Positions 57,011 through 64,000 of a stretch of DNA of 64,000 nucleotides are shown here, piece by piece (position 1 is the first letter of the stretch; each line of letters opens with the position of its first letter). The notes under the pieces are model-generated. The model was not told the DNA's origin, searched no databases, and was given only the letters and a program-made list of their open reading frames with translations. Both the position numbers and the translations under genes were made by a program. This DNA is from Parcubacteria group bacterium Gr01-1014_13 (GTDB taxonomy: Bacteria > Patescibacteriota > Patescibacteriia > Magasanikbacterales > GWA2-37-8): the NCBI GenBank assembly GCA_007376295.1, contig VMGB01000001.1, forward strand, positions 413,969-477,968, in the 5' to 3' direction.

Positions 57011-58549
57011 CTATTTACACCGTTCTACATTCCAAATGTTGGCCTTTTCGCATTCGCGCTTCGATTTTAGCGCCTGCTGTCGGGCTTTTTCTCTGTTTAT
57101 TTCCAAATACAGCATGGCTACGCGTTGTAGAGCATCTTTGTCCAGCTTGTAGCGCCTAGCTATGAATCTTGCAACTTCCGCTTTTCTAGCTTGCAGAGCC
57201 GAATCAAAAGCCAGCCGAATACCCCAATTTTTAAAATCAGCGCGCGTATCGCTGTGGGCAATGTCTGCGGCCAGGTCAAAAGCCCCGCGGCGAAGAGCGT
57301 GCAGAAAGGCCCGTTCATTCCAGGCAATTATGTACGTATCGCTAAGACCATCTTTGTGTTGGACCAAGAAAGAGGTGACGGACCATTCTTCGTTGGCATC
57401 CAAAATTTTATTCAAGATACCATCACGATAGTCTTGAACTCTTTCTCCGCCCCACGGCTCAATGTTTAACACCTCGGCATAGTCTTGAGCTGCCAAACCC
57501 TCGGTTACCAATTTATCAAAATGATTTTTTCCCAAAGAAAGTTTTTCAATCGCGCGGCGAGCTAACACAAACTCCTGCGCTTTCAGGCTTAAATTAAAAA
57601 ACCATTCAGCCTTTGACTGAGGAATAAATACCGGGTCAACTTGCCCCAAAGTACCGCCAAGACACTTGGGATTCAAAAAGATCGCCTCTACCGTTTTATC
57701 TGACAACTTCTGTTTTATTGCCACTATCGCCGCCATGCCGCATTCATACTGCGTCACGGCTAGAGAGATAAAATTTTCATAATCCGCGGGAGTTTTCTTG
57801 AAACCGTCTTTCTCCAGAATTGCTTTGGCAAATGAAAACTTTTTGTCATTTAGGCCAATAGCAAATAAATCCGCATACTGCCCTGTCGTAAGCGGACACA
57901 TGTCCGCAATTTTTCCCATTGGCTCATACTCGTCGACAAAGACGGCCTTCCAGTAGGAATGATACTCACGCAATTCAGGACGTATCTGTTTGAAATTTTC
58001 AACCCAGCCATTTATCAATTTGCTTTGCAACTCTTTTGTGCCGGGCCTTTTGCAAGCCAAGCGCGCCACTTGGACATAATCAGCGCTGGTTGAAGCTACG
58101 GCACAGTTAATGGCTTTGTCCGCGTAAACTGCTCCCAGACTAAAATGATAAACCACATCGGCGGCGGTTTCGCAAAAATCATTTTTGGTTAAAAAAGCAA
58201 AAACTTCTTGAGCGAATGCCTCTTCGGTAGCGCGGTCGAGCTTGAACACTTTTGAAATGTCTTTGGCCTCGCCCACGCCCACCTCTCTGGTTAGGATCAC
58301 TTTTTGCCACATAGTCGCAGTGACGGCAGCAATGACTACGCGGCGATCCACTTTCTTTTTATCGGCAATCGCCTTGGCCTTGGCATAATGGTCGACTTTA
58401 GAGTCGGCAGCAAGTTCTCGATCTTCGAAAGTGAGTTCTTTGTAGAACTCCTGATAATTGGCTTCAGCTTCGGCAGCCGTTAAGACACGCCTTTGCGGCG
58501 AAAGAGATGCGCAAGAACACCATAACATCACGAACATTGCATGACGCAT
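57011..58549 (-). CDS. Hypothetical exported or lipoprotein-like alpha-helical protein
   Basis: GGAGG SD, promoter TTGACG-17-TACTGT, short signal ending in Cys, helical-repeat character. Confidence 0.65.
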   Translation of the reverse strand: MRHAMFVMLWCSCASLSPQRRVLTAAEAEANYQEFYKELTFEDRELAADSKVDHYAKAKAIADKKKVDRRVVIAAVTATMWQKVILTREVGVGEAKDISKVFKLDRATEEAFAQEVFAFLTKNDFCETAADVVYHFSLGAVYADKAINCAVASTSADYVQVARLACKRPGTKELQSKLINGWVENFKQIRPELREYHSYWKAVFVDEYEPMGKIADMCPLTTGQYADLFAIGLNDKKFSFAKAILEKDGFKKTPADYENFISLAVTQYECGMAAIVAIKQKLSDKTVEAIFLNPKCLGGTLGQVDPVFIPQSKAEWFFNLSLKAQEFVLARRAIEKLSLGKNHFDKLVTEGLAAQDYAEVLNIEPWGGERVQDYRDGILNKILDANEEWSVTSFLVQHKDGLSDTYIIAWNERAFLHALRRGAFDLAADIAHSDTRADFKNWGIRLAFDSALQARKAEVARFIARRYKLDKDALQRVAMLYLEINREKARQQALKSKRECEKANIWNVERCK

Positions 58550-58622
58550 GATTACCTCCGGCTCTTGATTGTAAAAGAGCTATTTTTACAGTATCATCGA
58601 GGTTAATTATCGTCAATCAGCT

Positions 58623-60797
58623 CTAGGCGGTTTCTCTACCCAATATACTATCGAGTTCATTACTGATAGATGCATAATCAAACTCATAACCTAAGACATC
58701 ATAACTCTCCTCTTTGCTTTCATTAGCAATTTTGAATTTACCGATTTTAAAGACCCCATCTTTTTCCACTACTACCACATTCGATTTTACCTTGCCATTT
58801 TCTACAACAAACAGACCGCGCAAAGGTCCTATTTGCTGTTTTACTGTCTCCTCCCCTTGTTTTTTTAATAAAAGATTTAGTTTTCTTTCCGCCTTTTCTA
58901 TATCTTTGGCAATAGCTACTCCGGCTTCAGCTCGTTTTAACGCTTGTAAATGAGACTCAACTAATTCCTGCTGATCGCTTTCTAGGGAGACGCTTTTTTC
59001 GGATTTTGCCACCACGGTTTTAATAACGCGAGTATTGGTTTTTTCTTTTAAGGCGAACAAAAAATCATCCAATTTTTCTTCACTCATGTTGCTGGTATCT
59101 ATAGCTAGAGCCAACTCATCGCCACCGACTTCGCCGGTAATTAAACCGTCTTTAAAACCAAATTTTTTACAAACTTGCGCCACTTTTTTTCTAAAATCCC
59201 GTAATTTTTCCGTAGTCAAATCCCCGGCAGACAATGCCAGTTCATTAAATTTATCCATTTTTTTCTTACCACTAACCTTGTCTACATCCTGTAAAATATT
59301 TTCGTATTCCAAAAGCTGATCTACTCCCAAATCCAAAACATCCAAACTTACATAGGCGCATTCTGACATAGCCACAGCTCTTTTGTTAAACTCGCTTTTT
59401 GAAGTATAGGCGCGGTCTTTTTCTTCGGAACGCAACATATCGGCCGCCAACTCTACTTCCCGATTCTCGAGGACTTCTCCTTTTTTAATCTTCTCAGATA
59501 AACTACGTGCTATGTTAATGTTGTCTTCGACTTGAGAAATCTCTTTCAGCGTAAACGGCTTTACCGTGTCTAAAATATTCAACTTTTTGACATAAAACGC
59601 GATATCCGCCAAATTATTTTTGTCTTCGGTTTTAAATTCGCCTTTGCGCACATCTCTGAGCACGTCTGGATTAAGGAAAAACTTTTCTCCTTTCTTGATA
59701 AAAATTTCAAATTCATTTCCTTCATTATCTGTTATCTTATTACCGTGCTCGCTAATTATTTTTTCTCGTAATTCTTTTATATTTCCCAGCTCAGCCTCAA
59801 TACTTTCTTCATTGTACTCCGCGCCATAATTATCCGGATTCTGCCTAGCCATCCTGCTTGTCTGCTGTGAATGATTTAGGCTTTCCAACTTGTCTTCCAT
59901 TTTGTCTCCGCCAACTTCCGATAGGCCGTAATTCATTTTAAACCCGCCCTTACCATTAGTTTTCTCGGATTTACCCTGCAAATCATTTTTAAATTCCTCT
60001 AAAATTTTAATTTTATCTTTATCTGTTACTTCTTCAACCATCAAGTCGTCAACTATTTTTTCTATAAATACGGTCATTTCTTTATCTATGGCCAAAGACA
60101 CCTCTTCTAATTTACCGGTATCAATACTGGAATCTTTGGAAATTTTTACTACTTCGATTTTATAATCGCTTTGTAGGATAGACGCATTTGTGTCTATTTT
60201 TTTTATCTCTCTTTCAATGACCCGGCGTTTCTCCGCAATTATTTTATTGGTAACTTGCGGACCGAGAATAACATCATTTAAATTTTTAATTGATAAAAAA
60301 TCAGCGCCCGGCACCAAAAAACTTAAAACTTTATCCCCTTTTTTTAATCCGGTAAATATTTTTCCCCAATTTTGGCGTTCCAAAACACCGGCCAATTGCT
60401 GGCGATTGAACTCTTGGCCTGTTTCCATTTTTTCTACTTCTTGGGCCAACTCAACATCTCTTTCGGCGCGACCGACAGTGTCAGGACTAATTTCTGTTTC
60501 TTTATCAACTTCTCCCTTATATAATCTTTCGATGGCTGCTTTAAACCGCTCCAAATCTTTGATATTTTCCGGATTCTTTTTCAACTCCTCGACAATTATA
60601 TTGTTTATTTCTTCTAACGCAGATTTAAAATCAAGTCCGCTCAGGTCTAACTTGCCTAATATTTCCTGCATATAGGCCGGGGTTTCACTTAATTTTATTA
60701 GGTTTTCAAAACTTGGCCCGGCCTGAGCTTCGGCTTGCTTCTCTTGAGATTTTTGATTTTCTGCAGGCTCCTGGCTGATTTCTTGATCGGTGTTCAC
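58623..60797 (-). CDS. Large hypothetical protein with degenerate GGDEF-like motifs
   Basis: IKNLNDVILGPQVTN, YVSLDVLDLG, GEVGGDELALAI. Confidence 0.55.
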   Translation of the reverse strand: MNTDQEISQEPAENQKSQEKQAEAQAGPSFENLIKLSETPAYMQEILGKLDLSGLDFKSALEEINNIIVEELKKNPENIKDLERFKAAIERLYKGEVDKETEISPDTVGRAERDVELAQEVEKMETGQEFNRQQLAGVLERQNWGKIFTGLKKGDKVLSFLVPGADFLSIKNLNDVILGPQVTNKIIAEKRRVIEREIKKIDTNASILQSDYKIEVVKISKDSSIDTGKLEEVSLAIDKEMTVFIEKIVDDLMVEEVTDKDKIKILEEFKNDLQGKSEKTNGKGGFKMNYGLSEVGGDKMEDKLESLNHSQQTSRMARQNPDNYGAEYNEESIEAELGNIKELREKIISEHGNKITDNEGNEFEIFIKKGEKFFLNPDVLRDVRKGEFKTEDKNNLADIAFYVKKLNILDTVKPFTLKEISQVEDNINIARSLSEKIKKGEVLENREVELAADMLRSEEKDRAYTSKSEFNKRAVAMSECAYVSLDVLDLGVDQLLEYENILQDVDKVSGKKKMDKFNELALSAGDLTTEKLRDFRKKVAQVCKKFGFKDGLITGEVGGDELALAIDTSNMSEEKLDDFLFALKEKTNTRVIKTVVAKSEKSVSLESDQQELVESHLQALKRAEAGVAIAKDIEKAERKLNLLLKKQGEETVKQQIGPLRGLFVVENGKVKSNVVVVEKDGVFKIGKFKIANESKEESYDVLGYEFDYASISNELDSILGRETA

Positions 60798-60807
60798 ATT
60801 ATTATAT

Positions 60808-61134
60808 TTAAACTGAATTTATCTTAGATAAAATAATTTCCATCTTTTTATGATCTTCGTCGTTTAATTTTTGTTTATACAAACTTATTATTTCTTCATC
60901 TGATTTTTTTCTGGCGCGGATAATTTTATTATAAAAATCGTGATCTTCTTTAATTTTTTTATCCAAAATTTTTCCTTGCCATTTATTAACTTCAGATAAA
61001 ATTATTTTTAATTTTTTTAATCCGGCAGCGTCTAAATTTTCTGCTTTCGCCAAAATCTCTTCCTTAAATTTTATTTCAAAAACAAGGATATTTTCCAGTA
61101 AATTGTTAATTTCTTTTAAATCATCAACTGACAT
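60808..61134 (-). CDS. Hypothetical protein
   Basis: 108-aa helical ORF tightly packed in the operon. Confidence 0.6.
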   Translation of the reverse strand: MSVDDLKEINNLLENILVFEIKFKEEILAKAENLDAAGLKKLKIILSEVNKWQGKILDKKIKEDHDFYNKIIRARKKSDEEIISLYKQKLNDEDHKKMEIILSKINSV

Positions 61135-61137
61135 ATT

Positions 61138-62466
61138 TTACATTAACTGGTAACTCTTGGTTGGGTTTTTTATATGATTAAAGACTACTTCTTTAATATT
61201 AGATACGCCGAATTGCCGGCCATCTAAAAATCCTGACATGGCCGCTTCGGCTAACCAGCCGCTGTCCAGCCAATCAAATAGCCATTCATGGGTATATTTC
61301 GGATTATTTTGAGAAATACCAGCACCAATGGTTTTTAACCAAGTACGGTTATAAACTTCTTGGGCGCCCAGCGATGGGGCGGTGATAAGCGGAACACCTA
61401 AAGCTGTGTAGAAAACCAATTCACTGGGTTTAGTCCAAAGCACATCGGTGGTTCGCAAAGCTTCATTGAACTGGCGGAAATAGTCTTCTTTTTCCAGGGC
61501 AAAAATAATTTTAATGTTTTTGCCTAATAAATTTTTTAGACCGCACTCTTTAATTTTTTCTTGAAAATATAAATAAACATCATTGCGCGAACCGGCCACT
61601 AAATTTAAATGCAGATCTCCTTGCAAAAGACGTTTTTTTAGACCGACCAAAATATCATGGGCCATTGTTTTTTGGGCGCCAGCTCCACCGACGGCAAAGG
61701 TAATAGTAAGTGGGTGGGTTCCGTGTGTTTTATTGCTATCTGTTTTCAAAAACCGAGCTACAGTGTCGGCATACTTTTGTCTATATCTTTTCAGAGGATC
61801 AAGATTGTGAATTCTGCCCAATAAATCAGCTTTCAAAACATGCAGATCAGAACTACCCAAATTTTCTTCTGGCAAAGGAAACCCTGTGAGAAAAATATTT
61901 TTTTCTTTTACGCCATAAAGCTTTAATCTGTCCACTACCCGCCGGCAAGGCGCCAAATATTTTATCCGGCTTTTTTGAGGATTAATCGGGACCCAAGTGC
62001 GGCTAATATCGGCATCGCACAAAACCAGATAAATATCGTTTTTAAATTTATGCTCTTCGGCCATAAAAGCCGTAACAAAAAAGGTAGTGATAAGGGGGAT
62101 GTCTTTCGTATTGAGATACTTTATCAAATCTTCTCCCCAACCTTTTTTCATGAACGAATACATTTGCTTGAGTTGCAAATTTGGAGCTGACAAATCCCGG
62201 CGCGGATAAAAATCTTTTATGCTCTGTAATTTGTCGTACAGATTAAACAAAAATTGGCCAATCAAAGGAACGCTAATAAGCCGGGAAACAAACCCATAAA
62301 AAACTTCTGAATCATGCCAAATTCGATAATCTTTTTGAGGAATACCTTGATAGTTATTAGCGCTAATTACTTTACCTGTAGGAGAAAGATGACGCAAAGG
62401 ATAAGCTGCGCGCTGGTGGCCATATCCCATATCCACGGCCACTATCCAAGCTTGTTTCTCGGTCAT
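61138..62466 (-). CDS. GT-B fold glycosyltransferase-like protein (MGDG synthase/GT28-related)
   Basis: DMGYGHQRAA, TGFP, GGAG, TKPSE, QEVYN. Confidence 0.65.
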   Translation of the reverse strand: MTEKQAWIVAVDMGYGHQRAAYPLRHLSPTGKVISANNYQGIPQKDYRIWHDSEVFYGFVSRLISVPLIGQFLFNLYDKLQSIKDFYPRRDLSAPNLQLKQMYSFMKKGWGEDLIKYLNTKDIPLITTFFVTAFMAEEHKFKNDIYLVLCDADISRTWVPINPQKSRIKYLAPCRRVVDRLKLYGVKEKNIFLTGFPLPEENLGSSDLHVLKADLLGRIHNLDPLKRYRQKYADTVARFLKTDSNKTHGTHPLTITFAVGGAGAQKTMAHDILVGLKKRLLQGDLHLNLVAGSRNDVYLYFQEKIKECGLKNLLGKNIKIIFALEKEDYFRQFNEALRTTDVLWTKPSELVFYTALGVPLITAPSLGAQEVYNRTWLKTIGAGISQNNPKYTHEWLFDWLDSGWLAEAAMSGFLDGRQFGVSNIKEVVFNHIKNPTKSYQLM

Positions 62467-62481
62467 AATTTATTAACCCCC

Positions 62482-63192
62482 TTAAAATTTAGATCTTTTG
62501 TTGTTTGCCCAAATAAAACCCATGGTCTTATCAAAATGAGACGGAAACACTTGTACGCCAAAACCGTTGGCTCTTAATTTTTCTTCCAATTCTTCTTTGC
62601 TTTTTTCTCTACTTATATGATACTCCAAAATTACATAATTTACCATCGCAAAATCATCAGCAGACATGCCATTAAACAGTTCGTATTCCCCTCCTTCAAT
62701 ATCCATTTTTAATAAAGAAATCTTTTTAAGCTTATTCTGCTTGCAAAAATCGGCAAAAGAAAAAGTTTGAACAGTAATTGTTTTTTCTGTCCTATCTTCA
62801 TCCCTGAAACTTGGTCCGGCCAAGTAATGATTGTGGCTATCTGCGGATAAAATTAATTGCCTTTCTTCAGTTTGTGAAGCTATTGCGCCGGAAACAACTT
62901 TTATTCCTAAAATTTTATTTTCAGCCAAATGCTGCTTGAATAAATTTAAATTATCCGGTTCCGGCTCAATAGCATAGATTTTTACTTTTTTATTCAACGA
63001 CCGGCAGTACATGCTGAAAAATCCGGCATGCGCGCCTACGTCTATTATAGGGTGCTTAGCATTTTTGATAACATCGTCGGCCGACCGATATTCTTTTAAT
63101 TTAAAAATTTCGTTATATACGCTCTGATCCGCCTCGTCGCGCAGATAAACATGCCAATCGTACCCGTTTAATTTTAAATTTATCTTCTGCAT
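62482..63192 (-). CDS. FkbM-family methyltransferase
   Basis: IIDVGAHAG, AIEP, LLKMDIEGGE, LEYH. Confidence 0.9.
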   Translation of the reverse strand: MQKINLKLNGYDWHVYLRDEADQSVYNEIFKLKEYRSADDVIKNAKHPIIDVGAHAGFFSMYCRSLNKKVKIYAIEPEPDNLNLFKQHLAENKILGIKVVSGAIASQTEERQLILSADSHNHYLAGPSFRDEDRTEKTITVQTFSFADFCKQNKLKKISLLKMDIEGGEYELFNGMSADDFAMVNYVILEYHISREKSKEELEEKLRANGFGVQVFPSHFDKTMGFIWANNKRSKF

Positions 63193-63273
63193 ACCCCAGT
63201 ATTTTAGCTTAAAAAACGAGAATATACAACAAAAATATTGACAAAAGATAAAAACTGTACTATCCTTAATTCT

Positions 63274-63415
63274 GCCCTTCGGAAGAATAATCTGCGTGTC
63301 AATCTCGTAGTGAGAAGTCCTTTGTTTACTGCGGTTTCACCCCACCGCACCCGTGACGGAGCAACAAAGACGACCACTCCTGCAGATATAGGCGCCAACT
63401 ATTTTCCCGAAGGGC
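63274..63415 (+). ncRNA. Unidentified ~142-nt structured RNA (6S-like or novel)
   Basis: TTGACA-17-TATCCT (63238-63266) puts +1 at the closing stem gcccttcgg/ccgaagggc; inner stems; T-run after. Confidence 0.65.
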
Positions 63416-63426
63416 GCTTTTTTTAC

Positions 63427-63470
63427 AAAAAAATTAGATCGGGCCGCAGTTGTGGCCCGATCTTTTATTT
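63427..63470. terminator. Bidirectional terminator
   Basis: agatcgggccgc-agtt-gtggcccgatct flanked by A and T runs. Confidence 0.8.
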
Positions 63471-63476
63471 TACAAC

Positions 63477-63998
63477 TCAGACAATTTCGTCAATGAGACC
63501 AAATTTGAGCGCTTCTTCAGCAAGCAAATCATGATCTTCTTTGCAAAGAGCAATTATCTCTCCTCGCGACTTCTTTGTCCTTTTCTCTAATATAGAAAAC
63601 AGGTTTGCCTGAGTTTCTCGCATCTCTGCCATGATCTTTTCCCATTCTTTAGCATCATCAATTTGACTGATCCTCACGTCAAAAATATTGTCATGAATCA
63701 AAACCAATGAACCTCGCATGCATTCTCGCCGATCGCATGCTTGAAGAATAGTGACGGCCGCTGAACGAGCGGCGCCGATAACAGTGCCGGTCTTTTCGCC
63801 GGGATAAAGGCGTAAAAGATCATATATAGCGAAACTTGCTCTTGTATTACCGCCATTGCTGGTAATCTTGATTGAGATTGGCGGATTGTCTTTCGTAGCC
63901 AACCTCATTATGCACTCCCGTACATAAATAAACATATCTTCATTGACTTCTCCTTGTAAGTCAATGATATTTTTTTCTAAAAGTTCCAGCTTCAGCAT
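63477..63998 (-). CDS. ClpP-like protease subunit (start at the window edge, possibly longer)
   Basis: ITSNGG, AIYD, ARSAA (Ser), LIHD (His), D..L.AEEALKFGLID. Confidence 0.8.
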   Translation of the reverse strand: MLKLELLEKNIIDLQGEVNEDMFIYVRECIMRLATKDNPPISIKITSNGGNTRASFAIYDLLRLYPGEKTGTVIGAARSAAVTILQACDRRECMRGSLVLIHDNIFDVRISQIDDAKEWEKIMAEMRETQANLFSILEKRTKKSRGEIIALCKEDHDLLAEEALKFGLIDEIV

Positions 63999-64000
63999 TT

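Noticed and set aside
422-63534. Many short ORF-track calls antisense to or nested in long genes (e.g. 422-622, 7888-8256, 32972-33535, 41445-42050, 60190-60675, 63238-63534)
   Set aside because: They shadow well-supported genes or structured RNAs, have no recognisable motifs and no initiation signals
1-64000. CRISPR array or rRNA genes
   Set aside because: No regularly spaced direct repeats and no rRNA signature sequences were seen

Overview
Bacterial chromosomal DNA, AT-rich, genetic code 11, with most genes on the minus strand. Gene content and style (dnaG-rpoD with a Lys-rich N-terminus, murG, pilT, gatCA, lgt, many ORFans, SD-less core genes) suggest a Patescibacteria/CPR genome; this is an inference. 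Left to right: (1) a CDP-3,6-dideoxy/acyl-branched sugar and glycosylation cluster (rfbF, rfbG, dmpF/dmpG-like, YerE-like ThDP enzyme, reductase, GT2, rfbH, GT-C), interrupted by a His-phosphatase and three tandem Nudix-like paralogues; (2) core genes with tRNA-Lys and tRNA-Val; (3) a promoter-to-terminator unit holding two non-canonical tRNA-like RNAs (one with a ~68-nt structured insert replacing the anticodon loop, one tRNA-Val with anticodon AAC), convergent with the CCA-adding enzyme gene; (4) a CsoR-regulated copper operon and tRNA-Ser; (5) an unexplained ~290-nt structured RNA upstream of gatC; (6) a flavinylation/RnfD-like electron-transfer cluster including an RnfD-FAD oxidoreductase-Rieske fusion; (7) a ~7.4-kb large-serine-recombinase element at tRNA-Asn carrying a Ppl/TrlF-like PHP-ATPase and a GNRA-rich structured RNA, whose att site splits the recombinase C-terminus; (8) a further ~142-nt structured RNA near the right end. 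No rRNA or CRISPR array was seen. All calls come from reading motifs and base pairing by eye; no database searches were run.
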